Below are positions 56,201 through 64,000 of a stretch of DNA of 64,000 bases, in pieces (the stretch's first letter is position 1; every line of letters starts with the position of its first letter). The notes under the pieces are model-generated. The model searched no databases. It was not told where the DNA came from and saw only the letters and a program-made list of their open reading frames with translations. Source of the DNA: a virus. A program made the position numbers and the translations under genes. The DNA lies in the IMG/VR virus record IMGVR_UViG_3300032116_015770; one strand, written 5' to 3'.

Positions 56201-56705
56201 ATTAATGGCATCTACAAGTGATTATATTTCCCCGGTAATTGATATGGGTAGATTAGGTTCCGTTCTTGTACGTAACATTATTAACAATGATGCAACTGGT
56301 GAAGATGGTATAGCAGGAGGAAATGCTCAAGCCCGCTATATCACTAGAAAGGTTGTTTTAAATCCGGACTTCGAATCACAAGATATTAAAGTCTATTTAA
56401 ACGCATTCTTACCTAAGAACTCAAGTATTAAAGTATATTATAAAGTTAATGCTCCAGGTACTACTAACTTTGAGTTAGAAAATAGATGGACATTGATGTA
56501 TGAAACAAATAAGGTGGGTAACGAAAGAGAAGGTTTTGCGGAATTTATTTTTGAAACATCACCTACTCTAAATGATCCATTTACAACAGCATTACCGGAC
56601 GGTGCTAAGTTTAGTATTTTCCAGATTAAGATTGTTATGTTATCGGATGATACTACCAAGGTACCGATTATTAGAGATTTGAGAGCTATTGCATTCGATG
56701 AGTGA
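50223..56705 (+). CDS. Large virion structural protein (VrlC/DUF4815-like)
   Basis: PYHDDF, VQARELTQMQS, APGADR, RRTYDESGDY, RYTMRDIG.LE.RI..LEYY, DPVAQTF. Confidence 0.82.
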   Translation: MAIDFNVAPYHDDFSPSSRYYRILYKPSRSVQARELTQMQSILQNQIAAMGTNVFKEGTIILGGKTFFYVIDYVTITGTSTPTEFVDKVIVGVTSGARARVIQVTPYEVFDSVTYPPALHFQYIDGTETFQAGEAIVIEGTTTTVTLTDNALFSGKSKVYNIQDSVFFTNGFFVFCPSQTAVVGRLTSVPSAIIGLKIKEGIANSDDDPSLLDPAVGSNNYFAPGADRYFIDLELSVINFDPDVEGSEDQEIPNFIQLAKCYYGDLLNPPLKTDFNEVESMMARRTYDESGDYTVRPFIAQVVNHRYGSNLAHSIKVSTGKAYVRGYEFETTAPLYLTLDRALDTARDSDFPVVLSYGNYIQINEPTGMFYPTKAELVYLSRSTAPNVSYSSNAAFQANVVGTARVRYVDWSGTGNVYNMYLYNIAMKTDNVTGASNVFSETNSIISATISGASVTPLANSNVLSFGNAAIISPQRDNTSLFLIPQRFVKTLTPNAVSNISFLGGTLFEDVQFTSVGGGKSSGQIEVGLPNRFTGTGELSATLSNSYYQGVVVTSASGPPVGTRLIFGVTGKSNVVVSSTSSLSRSTLTVTDGGSFTANIFAVVNYRQGSAGSKLKNANTRVKVVTADPDGNVTGNLLAVISLDYPDVSAINSVIDATGNSAASFFTLDTGLRDDYYEHATLRALPGNNIPLLNVTTNPNLTITYTVLEHTDVNQTGYFTVDSYQNLDFADIPTYTNAQGRKVNLSDVLDFRAVRLPNSNTFVSPVVPVPDSTFTTTVDYYLPRKDKIVITKDRKMKVIKGVPAKTPTLPSDLTDAMTIYTITLAPYTARPEDVKLVYNENKRYTMRDIGKLERRINKLEYYTALSFLEKIAADEKVPSALPGIDRFKNGIMVDSFAGHSVSDVGNKDLRCSIDYERRLLRPMFVADSYLYSVLPQSNNFKLSGDILTIDYREAIGVVDQTLASNTVPLMPFAVFNWVGTMKLSPQTDFWKDTKTNPAVIFNLNGENDPFTIIEPKNGFNATASQMKFSNWENTGITDLQVTGSTEVRVDNNLELKTDGLNLSAGITSQATATTTVNTSYKQVQGRVGLEINSAERVINASIGNRIVDSSLLPYIRPRTIEFVAQQLKPNTKLFATFDNIDVSDYVFPAARIRINSNLNNANVRYLSNTMSGGGLYANASVIFQRKDGPNVTVLFVRHSGQSNVFAVGNVATLYLDTGVTATHAVTGVTFPSTEDGLITTERGEAVGVFAIPNNDAMRFNVGERAFRLSNSLNRDLEETVAETIYLAQGITQTREEAIVATRVKDVSINPVFQTKAGATVNKTTSTTVTGPATSAESNSVALPGGSSRTLFCGEGAKASGGIGSAVGNPNNPGSAPGTGIGVDVGTGQGVHDFRINLGVKTGLVRIRCWHTPAIINTYTTGVMGGFMSWTSVKASDSGQPEKFTVRYRGEEYTTGFIGNRNFNQRLLDLGYEDVFSAPPGGFADITFFKHDIGEEFCHITVDAPMPGTGWQFAAIACPNTLPETAPGQCSIRAADAHAFFIEEDARRTLQTVHGISGVVLSEVDREVIRTSRSKGDYKFTISNPSQARTSRTYKAEDDSVYTDRSITINSISVDTSKMTALDNFSYEIITTGESKGNDDAEGLNPDRTDARLGGRWTNTLGSLPVTLLPGQSRTFSLRLFKDSPRPSVGRSKGPKGRLIVTADVEGPTGPATLAKVNAITGKLEIDTVVGSSARSTTVQYYDPVAQTFIVDARSFPDGYFLSSIDLWFQSKDPVQPVQIQIRPAIEGRPSADIVLPFGTKTLAAEDIVASTTFDQSKFTRFKFDTPVYLTPQEYAVVVLCMSTEARLYISTLGQFKLGTTTPERIREQPYLGELFLSQNARSWVPEPLSDLTIRVNRARFLTENTANVTMASTTPVANTEYDLFYTQGDLIEFADTFTSYAFLTSTPSYDGGGNIIGALSDIQYLRYNLGTNYPLNTRKVVLRASGETLKLNLLMASTSDYISPVIDMGRLGSVLVRNIINNDATGEDGIAGGNAQARYITRKVVLNPDFESQDIKVYLNAFLPKNSSIKVYYKVNAPGTTNFELENRWTLMYETNKVGNEREGFAEFIFETSPTLNDPFTTALPDGAKFSIFQIKIVMLSDDTTKVPIIRDLRAIAFDE

Positions 56706-56925
56706 TCCTGAACAACTTGAAGTTATTGATAGACCTGACTTAGTTAGAGATACTCGTTCTAAAGCTATTTTATCTAGGGATGTCCAGAAACTACAGGATC
56801 ATCGTAGAAAAGTAGCTTTAATGAGATCATTAATAAATAACACCAACGATATTAATGAGCTTAAACAGGAAATTTCAGAAATTAAAGATTTGCTCCGAGA
56901 GCTCATAAAAGAAAAAAATAAATAA
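56698..56925 (+). CDS. Small conserved coiled-coil protein
   Basis: LVRD..SKAIL...INELKQEISEIK.LL; usual position after VrlC-like genes. Confidence 0.7.
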   Translation: MSDPEQLEVIDRPDLVRDTRSKAILSRDVQKLQDHRRKVALMRSLINNTNDINELKQEISEIKDLLRELIKEKNK

Positions 56926-56950
56926 TAAATGATTTTAACAAGGTAAACAA

Positions 56951-57487
56951 ATGGCAATTTTAACGCTGCGATTAGTTAAAGGTACACCACTTACTAACTT
57001 AGAAGTGGATAATAACTTTTCTAATCTTCTATCTGATATTAATTCAATAGAAGCAAACTCAGGTGTATTATCACAGCTAACCACTTTTAATAAATCTAAC
57101 CTGGTTTCGGCTATTAATGAAATTGCCAGCGAAAGTACCAGTAATGTTACTATTACTGGTGGTACTATTTCCGGGGTTTCTATTTCGAGTGTTAGCTTAA
57201 CTAGTAACATTTCCTTAAGAGGTAACATTTCAGACTCTTTTGGTTCTAACGTTACAATAAGTAACTCGACATTAACAGGTATTACATTACTATCCTCTGT
57301 CTTTACGGGTAATGTTATATCATCTAATGTAGAGATTTCAGGTGGAAATATCACTGCACTTACTACCCCTCTACCAGTATCTTCAGGTGGTACTGGGGCT
57401 ACTAACGGAACCCAGGCTCTTTTAAATTTAGGGCTTGATGTAGGAGCTTTTGCAGACCCAATTCCATTCGCTATAGCCTTAGGATAA
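56951..57487 (+). CDS. Tail fibre/adaptor protein
   Basis: LRLVKGTPLT..EVDNNF N-terminus, LPVSSGGTGA, C-terminal FAIALG. Confidence 0.65.
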   Translation: MAILTLRLVKGTPLTNLEVDNNFSNLLSDINSIEANSGVLSQLTTFNKSNLVSAINEIASESTSNVTITGGTISGVSISSVSLTSNISLRGNISDSFGSNVTISNSTLTGITLLSSVFTGNVISSNVEISGGNITALTTPLPVSSGGTGATNGTQALLNLGLDVGAFADPIPFAIALG

Positions 57488-57499
57488 CAGGAGAAAAAA

Positions 57500-57838
57500 G
57501 TGGCTAATATTTTTAATCGCAAACTATCAAATAGTGTAGGGACTGCAAATACTATAATTGGTTCATATACTACTGGTGCAGGTGTTCGAACAGTTATTAT
57601 CGGTCTAACCATAGCAAACACATCTGCAGCTTCAATTACAGCAAGTATTATGTTTTCGGATAATACTGCAGGAAACACCTATATTGTTAAAGACGCACCA
57701 GTTCCAGCCGGAGGTTCTTTAGTAGCCGTAGGTGGGGATCAAAAGATTGTTCTAACAGAAGGTGACAAGATTATGGTAAGGTCATCAGCTGCATCTTCAT
57801 TAGATGCAATTATGTCTATACTAGAACAAACACCATAA
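57500..57838 (+). CDS. Small beta-sandwich virion protein
   Basis: IIGLTIAN...IVKDAPVPAGGSL...KIVL..GDKI; paralog of 63106-63462. Confidence 0.65.
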   Translation: MANIFNRKLSNSVGTANTIIGSYTTGAGVRTVIIGLTIANTSAASITASIMFSDNTAGNTYIVKDAPVPAGGSLVAVGGDQKIVLTEGDKIMVRSSAASSLDAIMSILEQTP

Positions 57839-57847
57839 GAGGTTGAA

Positions 57848-58309
57848 ATGCCTTTAACTAAACTTAGAAATTTTAGTATAGAAGATAACAATATTACTTC
57901 AAATAAATTAGCGTCTGTTAATAGAATTATTAGCACAGCTAATATTGTATCTACGGCAGGTATTATTGGTTCCCAAAATATTGATGTTTTATCTAACGCT
58001 ACCTACCTATTTACAGGTACTACCAGTGGTAATGTTACTTTAAATTTAAGAGGTAATTCTACTACAACACTTAATGCATCTTTAGCTACCGGTGAATCAG
58101 TAGAGATTATAGCTGGAATTACTAACGGATTAACTGGTTATGTCGCTAATGTTGCTATTGATGGTGTTGTTCAAAGTACTTTATGGTCAGGTAATACCAG
58201 ACCTTCAGGAAGCTCATATAACACGGATTTATATCACTTAAGAGTATTTAAAACTGGAAGTGCCACTTATAATGTATACGGTGAAAAGGTAAATTTTGGT
58301 ACCGGTTAA
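57848..58309 (+). CDS. Tail fibre-associated protein
   Basis: C-terminal domain paralogous to 58330-59106. Confidence 0.6.
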   Translation: MPLTKLRNFSIEDNNITSNKLASVNRIISTANIVSTAGIIGSQNIDVLSNATYLFTGTTSGNVTLNLRGNSTTTLNASLATGESVEIIAGITNGLTGYVANVAIDGVVQSTLWSGNTRPSGSSYNTDLYHLRVFKTGSATYNVYGEKVNFGTG

Positions 58310-58329
58310 TGTTTAACATAGGAATTTAA

Positions 58330-59106
58330 ATGACTTACTTAGGCGCAACAACCGTTTCAGATAAATCGGTTGCAAAGCTCGATGACATATCGAGTTCATT
58401 TGACGGTGTATCTGTCAACTTTACCTTAAGAATTAATGGAACAGAAGTGTTTCCTGGTAGCAGTGTTAGTGTCAATATATCTTTAGATGGTGTATGGCAA
58501 GAGCCCTTATCTGCTTACTCTATTAACGGGTCTACCATTACTTTTGATACCCCACCTAGAGCAGGTGTTAAGTTTTTCGGGGCAGCCACTTACTATGGTG
58601 GTTCTGCTTCAGCGGTATCACCTGATGCAGTAAACACAACACAATTAGTTAACAGTGCTGTAACTACGAATAAGCTTGCTGATGGTGCTGTTACTGCTGC
58701 TAAGCTAAGCTCTTTGACTTATTTAATTGAAACAGCTAATGTAATTAACTCTGCTCCTCCTCTACAAGCTAATATCGACGTTAAAAATAATTCATTTGTC
58801 TACTACACCGGTAATAATCCTGGTACTATAACTATTAACGTACGTGGTGATTCCTCGACAACATTAAATTCGATGCTTGCTAATGGTCAAATACTTACTT
58901 CGGTAGTAGCTTTAACTAATGGAAGTACTGGGTATGGTGTAAATATTAGAGTGGATAATGTTACTCAAACTCCAAGATGGTTAGGTAATGTTGCACCTAC
59001 TGGTGGTAACTCAAATAGTATAGATCTTTACAATATTTCTGTACTTAAAACAGACGTAAATACATATACAGTTCTTGCTTCACAATCGCAATTTGGAATA
59101 GGTTAA
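58330..59106 (+). CDS. Tail fibre protein
   Basis: LDDISSSFDG...LDGVWQEP domain, decapeptide repeats, C-terminal W.G..APT.G....DLY domain. Confidence 0.65.
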   Translation: MTYLGATTVSDKSVAKLDDISSSFDGVSVNFTLRINGTEVFPGSSVSVNISLDGVWQEPLSAYSINGSTITFDTPPRAGVKFFGAATYYGGSASAVSPDAVNTTQLVNSAVTTNKLADGAVTAAKLSSLTYLIETANVINSAPPLQANIDVKNNSFVYYTGNNPGTITINVRGDSSTTLNSMLANGQILTSVVALTNGSTGYGVNIRVDNVTQTPRWLGNVAPTGGNSNSIDLYNISVLKTDVNTYTVLASQSQFGIG

Positions 59107-59107
59107 T

Positions 59108-62100
59108 ATGCCAGTCTTACAGACACTTGCCTCAGCTTCTGCTAAATCGCTTGGGCAGGTAAAGAATACCTCGAAGAATTATTTAGTATCTGTTACATCT
59201 ACAGAGGATGGTGATCGTTATGTAAACAAGACTATATTTCATTTAGATCCTATTTTTGAGGATGGTACAAACTCCACGGCTAGTAGAACTGCAAACAACA
59301 TTGCAATTCCTGATATGGTCCTGACGGTCAGTGGTCGCCCATTTACAGGTACCTTCGGGCCATTAAGCGATCTAGGTTATAGTCTTGCTATTCAAAGATA
59401 TTCTAACGTAGGTTGGGGAGCTAATACCACTGCAGGAGCTCCTTCTGTAATCTATAGCGGAACACATAATAGATGGGATCTAGGATCAGGTGATTTTACT
59501 ATTGAATTCTGGATGTTTGTTAATAGGTTAGATATCGCACGTGCAAATGCTAATGCTCATATCCTATCTTCAGGTACGTTCGGTTCTGCAAACGGAACTA
59601 ATTTTTCTATTTCATTATTAGCTAATAATCAAATTAGATTTTTTAATAATGCTTTAGGACCTGTCACTACGTCAGCTACCAATGCATTTACACTTAATAA
59701 TTGGCATCATGTATTAATTACTCGTTCCGGTAACACTATTACTATGTATGTTGATGGTAAAGCTACTGGTTCAACATCTGGTTCAGTTACCGGGTCTACA
59801 ACCTACGGTGGTAATACAACACTTGCATTTAATAGATTATTAGATGATTCACCTATTAACTCAAGCGCTTTTAAAGGTTTTATTAGTGGTTGTAGAATTA
59901 TAAAAGGACAGGCTTTAGTCAGTGGTAACTTTACTCCATCTACAGTTCCTATTACTGATACAGTCATTGGTCATACAGGTGTAAACGTCGCCGGGTCAAT
60001 TACCGGAACTGCAACTACTTGGTTTACTTCACATGGTTCGATGAGCAGTTTTTCGGGAGATGGAATAGAACCACAAGGTAGATTTTTAGAACCAGTAATT
60101 ACCGCATTCACTCCTTTCTATAAAGATACTGCAGCTAATGCTAATGTAAAAGCAAGAACCTATAGCATTTACAATGATGGAACAACTCGACTTTCCTATG
60201 TTGAAACTACATCTAATGTTAGCTTGTTCAGATTCGATAGAGCCTTTACTATTGAAGGTTGGTGTTACATGTCTTCCAATGCAGCATCAGTTGGAGCCGT
60301 TTTTGAATTAGGACAGTACACCGATGGAATATTATTTAGACCAACTACAGGTGCTGGTGATCTTTGGATTAACAACACAAACCGTGGTGAAGCAAATTCA
60401 GTAGTTCATTTAAATCAATGGTATCATTATGCAGTTACTAGAGATAATGCAAACATAGCTAATCTTTATATAAATGGTAGAAGAATTTTATCTGCTACTT
60501 TTGCTGGTAATATTAATACTACAGGAGCTCCTTTACGAATTGGTGACGCAAGACACACCACAGGTCAAACAGCTTTTGCACATCATTCTCAAGTTAGAGT
60601 AGTTAGAGGTGACGCAGTTTACACAGGTAATTTTATACCCCCTATTTTAGGGCCCTTGCAGCTAGATGGTGCAAATTCGGCTGCTAGTTATACTTCTACA
60701 GCAAATGTAAACACTACATTTCCTGGATCTAATACAGTACTTTTGTTACATTTTGACAATCCAGATATCATTGATAGATCTGGTAATATGAGCATCTCTA
60801 TTGTAGGTGATGCTAGACCAAAGAGATTTGGACCACTTGATAATACTGTAAACAGTGTATTTGTAAATGGATCTTCTGGTTCGAGAGTGGAGGTAAAAGC
60901 AGCTGGTAATGCTATACCTTTACCTATAGAATGGATGTCTAATGCAAGTTCGTTAGTTGGAAGAATAGATTTTTGGGTATATCCATTATCTCTTACCACA
61001 GGATTGCCATTTAATACTGCCGAAAGTATTTTATCCGTAGGTCAAACTTTATTAAATGTAGGTATTTACAATAGAAACTTAAGTCTTTTTGTTGCACAAA
61101 ATACAACCTCTAACTCGTTTATTACTGGTTCACGTATAGTACCAGAATATCAATGGACACATGTCTCAGTAATTTTATCTGACAGAGATGGTGCAACTAA
61201 TGCAAGAATACTTCAAGATGGCATAGAAGTGGCTAATGGTAATGTTTCCAGAATGAACTGGGCGCACACCACATCAGGAAATGCATTATTAATTGGTACA
61301 GAATTTTCTAATCAAGCTAATTCAGGATTTAATGGTTACGTATCTGATTTAAGAATAACTTATGGGGATGAAAGACGTGAAGAGTTAACCGTTCCTACGG
61401 CACCTTATCCTCATCACTATTCTGGGTTAGCAGCTAACATTATTAGTAGTGCTACAGGTAATATTACTTCATCTCAATCAGAAGTACTGATTGTAGCCGG
61501 GGGAGGTGGAGGTGGAGCTACTAATGCTGCTAATACTAGTAGTATTCATGCAACAGGCGCTGGTGGTGGTGGAATTTTACATACTACATCCCTTTCCTTA
61601 CAAAAAGGTACATATACAGTCGTAGTCGGTGCGGGTGGAGCAAGATCTCAATACGGTGTCGATACCACTGCATTTAGTGAAGCTACAGTAGGTAGACCTA
61701 GACGTTCTACAGCAACTAACGGATCAAACTCATATATTATTACCCCTGGTAATGTTACTTACACAGCTATAGGGGGTGGAAGAGGTACAGGTTCAGATAC
61801 AGGAACACCGGCTGATGGTGGTTCTGGAGGTGGCGGTAATGCCTTCTCTAATATTTTTGGTTTTAGTAATCAAAATAGTATCCCTCCTTTTATAGGGTAT
61901 GGGAACAACGGTAATAATGGAAATATTTTTAGTAGTGGTAGGATTGTAGTATCTGGTGGGGGTGGAGGTGCCGGGGCTCCTGGTGGTAATAATTTTAATA
62001 TTGCCGGATTTACAGGTACCGGTCCATTTACTCCCGGTGCTGGAGGAGATGGTAGAGCATTCTTTACCGATGGATTAGATATACCTATTTACTATGGTGG

Positions 62101-62437
62101 AGGGGGAGCAGGATCGAGTGTTAATGGTGCTGGAACTGTTAGATTATACGGTTTACAACCTGGTGGTCAAGGCGGAGGGGCTTATACCCGTAATACAGAA
62201 ACGTATTTTTATTTAACACAATTCGATGGAGAGCCTAACTCTGGAGGCGGCGGCGCCGGATTTACTGGAATTAATAATAACTCGGTAGCAGGAGGAGCTG
62301 GAGGATCGGGTGTGGTAATATTTAGATACTCAGATCAGTATCCTCGTGCAATAAGCACCACAGGTAGAGTGATTTATAGACAAAGAAAAGGTTCACACAT
62401 TTATAAATTCTTAAGTTCAGGGACGATTACATTCTAA
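59108..62437 (+). CDS. Receptor-binding/tail fibre protein with LamG (ConA-like) domains and a glycine-rich C-terminal domain
   Basis: GDFTIEFW...WHHV..TR...YVDG repeated; VAGGGGGG...GGSGVVIFRY. Confidence 0.8.
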   Translation: MPVLQTLASASAKSLGQVKNTSKNYLVSVTSTEDGDRYVNKTIFHLDPIFEDGTNSTASRTANNIAIPDMVLTVSGRPFTGTFGPLSDLGYSLAIQRYSNVGWGANTTAGAPSVIYSGTHNRWDLGSGDFTIEFWMFVNRLDIARANANAHILSSGTFGSANGTNFSISLLANNQIRFFNNALGPVTTSATNAFTLNNWHHVLITRSGNTITMYVDGKATGSTSGSVTGSTTYGGNTTLAFNRLLDDSPINSSAFKGFISGCRIIKGQALVSGNFTPSTVPITDTVIGHTGVNVAGSITGTATTWFTSHGSMSSFSGDGIEPQGRFLEPVITAFTPFYKDTAANANVKARTYSIYNDGTTRLSYVETTSNVSLFRFDRAFTIEGWCYMSSNAASVGAVFELGQYTDGILFRPTTGAGDLWINNTNRGEANSVVHLNQWYHYAVTRDNANIANLYINGRRILSATFAGNINTTGAPLRIGDARHTTGQTAFAHHSQVRVVRGDAVYTGNFIPPILGPLQLDGANSAASYTSTANVNTTFPGSNTVLLLHFDNPDIIDRSGNMSISIVGDARPKRFGPLDNTVNSVFVNGSSGSRVEVKAAGNAIPLPIEWMSNASSLVGRIDFWVYPLSLTTGLPFNTAESILSVGQTLLNVGIYNRNLSLFVAQNTTSNSFITGSRIVPEYQWTHVSVILSDRDGATNARILQDGIEVANGNVSRMNWAHTTSGNALLIGTEFSNQANSGFNGYVSDLRITYGDERREELTVPTAPYPHHYSGLAANIISSATGNITSSQSEVLIVAGGGGGGATNAANTSSIHATGAGGGGILHTTSLSLQKGTYTVVVGAGGARSQYGVDTTAFSEATVGRPRRSTATNGSNSYIITPGNVTYTAIGGGRGTGSDTGTPADGGSGGGGNAFSNIFGFSNQNSIPPFIGYGNNGNNGNIFSSGRIVVSGGGGGAGAPGGNNFNIAGFTGTGPFTPGAGGDGRAFFTDGLDIPIYYGGGGAGSSVNGAGTVRLYGLQPGGQGGGAYTRNTETYFYLTQFDGEPNSGGGGAGFTGINNNSVAGGAGGSGVVIFRYSDQYPRAISTTGRVIYRQRKGSHIYKFLSSGTITF

Positions 62438-62841
62438 TGGCACATTTTGCAAGACTTAATAGTGATAACATTGTAACCGAAGTAGTTGTTGTTGATGATA
62501 GTATCATCAGGAATAGCGGTGGTGAGTTTGAAGAAGTAGGTGAAATTTATCTACAAAATCTTTTAAAAACTACTGATAGATGGAAGCAAACATCTTATAA
62601 TAATAGAATTAGAAACAAGTTTGCTGCTATTGGTTATAGATATGATGAGGAAAAAGATGCTTTTATAGATCCTTCGCCTTACCCTTCTTGGATTTTAAAC
62701 CGCGAAGAGTTAATCTGGGAAGCGCCAACACCTTATCCTATTGACGATAAATACTATTATAATTGGAACGAAGATTCGCTATCGTGGGAAATTGCTGGTG
62801 AAAAAGAAGTTCCTGAACAAAATAACACATTACCGATCTAA
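62437..62841 (+). CDS. Conserved partner of glycine-rich fibre proteins
   Basis: MAHFA...WKQTSYN..R.KFA.IG..YD...DAFI.P.PYPSW. Confidence 0.65.
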   Translation: MAHFARLNSDNIVTEVVVVDDSIIRNSGGEFEEVGEIYLQNLLKTTDRWKQTSYNNRIRNKFAAIGYRYDEEKDAFIDPSPYPSWILNREELIWEAPTPYPIDDKYYYNWNEDSLSWEIAGEKEVPEQNNTLPI

Positions 62842-62850
62842 AGGTTTTAC

Positions 62851-63096
62851 ATGGCATACATAGGATCTAAACCAGCAGAAAATGTTGTTGAAAACGATAG
62901 CATTGATACTGCTAAATTAGCTAATAATTCGGTGACAACAGATAAAATTGCCGCTGGTGCAGTAGCAACTGTTGACTTGCAAGATCAAGCTATTACCACG
63001 GATAAATTGGCTGATAATTCTGTTACAGGGCCTAAACTTAATGGAGGGGCTATCTTTGGTAGATTAACTGCCCTTTCCGTAATTTTTGGCCAATAA
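62851..63096 (+). CDS. Short fibre/adaptor protein with 10-aa repeats
   Basis: NDSIDTAKLA/NNSVTTDKIA/AGAVATVDLQ/DQAITTDKLA/DNSVTGPKLN; ends ALSVIFGQ. Confidence 0.65.
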   Translation: MAYIGSKPAENVVENDSIDTAKLANNSVTTDKIAAGAVATVDLQDQAITTDKLADNSVTGPKLNGGAIFGRLTALSVIFGQ

Positions 63097-63105
63097 GGAG
63101 AAATA

Positions 63106-63462
63106 ATGAGTGCGTTAAATATCGCAAATTCTACCGTTATTATAGGTAGAACTAGTGTATCAAATATAACTACCTTAGCATCTACGGTCGTGTCTAACGC
63201 CGGTGATACTAATGCTTTATTAAAAATAAATACTATCTTTGCTCATAATAGAGGTAACTCTGCGGCAGATGTAACGGTGTTGTTTAATAGAGGGTCTAAT
63301 ACTGTAATTATGGCTAACACCATGACAGTTCCTACTAGAACTACATTAACTTTACTAGCAAAAGACATGTCGATGTATCTAGAGGAAAATGACACTATTT
63401 CAGCATTTGCTAGTGCAAACAACGCTATTAATATTTTTGTATCATACGAACAATTGAGCTAA
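63106..63462 (+). CDS. Small beta-sandwich virion protein
   Basis: SD AAGGAG; KINTI...VP...TL...YLEEND. Confidence 0.65.
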   Translation: MSALNIANSTVIIGRTSVSNITTLASTVVSNAGDTNALLKINTIFAHNRGNSAADVTVLFNRGSNTVIMANTMTVPTRTTLTLLAKDMSMYLEENDTISAFASANNAINIFVSYEQLS

Positions 63463-63463
63463 T

Positions 63464-64000
63464 ATGAGTAGAAAAAATGGTGGTTATATCGGGTATCTAA
63501 GTGCTGACACTGTAGATAAAGAAGGTGCTTCCGGTGTTTATGATATATCCGATCAATTAGATTATAGTACTTCTGTGCCCTTCAATCAGCTTGGAGAACA
63601 GTTTGGTGCTGCTGTCTGGCCTCAAACAGACACTACTGAAGGTGACGACCCTTACCTAGGTGATGTTGTAGGGGGTATATATTCTCCACATATAGAAAAC
63701 ACCATTTTTACTGAAGCTTCTGGCAACTGGGATGAAGTATTTGATCCAAAAACTGGCCATCAAAATAGATTACCTACCCCTACTTTTTTACATCAAACCA
63801 ATAGATACTGGGCTTTAAAATTTTCTACTCATAGAAGAAATGCTATTGCTATAACCAATAAGCCAGAATTTAACTTTGGTGAAGGTAATTTTACTATTGA
63901 ATTCTGGTATAAACCAAATACCAGAGGTGACGGTCTCAGTACGAGTCCTCATTTTTATAATAAAACTATTTTAAGTTATGGTGAATCAGTTTCGAGTGTT
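63464..64000 (+). CDS. LamG-containing tail fibre protein (5' part, runs off the window)
   Basis: ATG 63464, MSRKNGGYIG...GDDPY...FNFGEGNFTIEFWYKP. Confidence 0.75.
   Translation, partial: MSRKNGGYIGYLSADTVDKEGASGVYDISDQLDYSTSVPFNQLGEQFGAAVWPQTDTTEGDDPYLGDVVGGIYSPHIENTIFTEASGNWDEVFDPKTGHQNRLPTPTFLHQTNRYWALKFSTHRRNAIAITNKPEFNFGEGNFTIEFWYKPNTRGDGLSTSPHFYNKTILSYGESVSSV

Noticed and set aside
37815-60999. Many 60-250 aa minus-strand ORFs within structural genes (e.g. 56935-57678)
   Set aside because: They lie opposite real structural genes, have no motifs or SD, and reflect codon bias of T/V/S/G-rich proteins
56951-64000. Diversity-generating retroelement or invertible fibre locus
   Set aside because: No reverse transcriptase, invertase or near-identical DNA repeats noticed; the paralogs are diverged
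1-64000. Stop-codon reassignment
   Set aside because: Genes are full-length and densely packed under code 11; TAA, TGA and TAG all end recognisable genes

Overview
A 64-kb segment of a large, AT-rich T4-like (Tevenvirinae/cyano-myovirus-type) phage genome using the standard code, with no sign of host chromosome. Host-derived genes (IscU, ErpA, DesA-type desaturase, PqqA, tmRNA tag) suggest a proteobacterial, probably betaproteobacterial, host (inference). Layout: (1) 1-8.1 kb late cluster of probable head-internal and structural proteins with a cytidylyltransferase-like gene and Dps; (2) 8.2-29.8 kb replication and metabolism genes (gp61, thyX, spanins, nrdA, trx, iscU, desaturase, erpA, nrdB, dCMP deaminase, EndoII-like, rnh, DenV-like, phoH, GH19 endolysin, exonuclease, 2OG-Fe(II) oxygenase, Bfd-like, SleB, gp33, gp59, gp32); (3) 29.9-34.7 kb minus-strand block (tape measure-like, gp51, gp26, gp54, gp2, gp4); (4) 34.7-64 kb baseplate and tail-fibre genes (gp48, gp53, hub, split gp5, PAAR, gp25, gp6, gp7, gp8, VrlC-like, LamG fibres). 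The best signals are missing from, or not explained by, the ORF track: a circularly permuted two-piece tmRNA whose intervening segment carries an SD-led ORF; a 24-codon pqqA gene behind a phage late promoter; a probable -1 programmed frameshift (T TTT TTC) fusing gp26 to gp51 directly upstream of the tape measure gene; an Fe-S/di-iron cassette inside the RNR operon; and T4 capsid-targeting-like N-termini on a block of modular proteins. All assignments are by eye from motifs and gene order; no searches were run.
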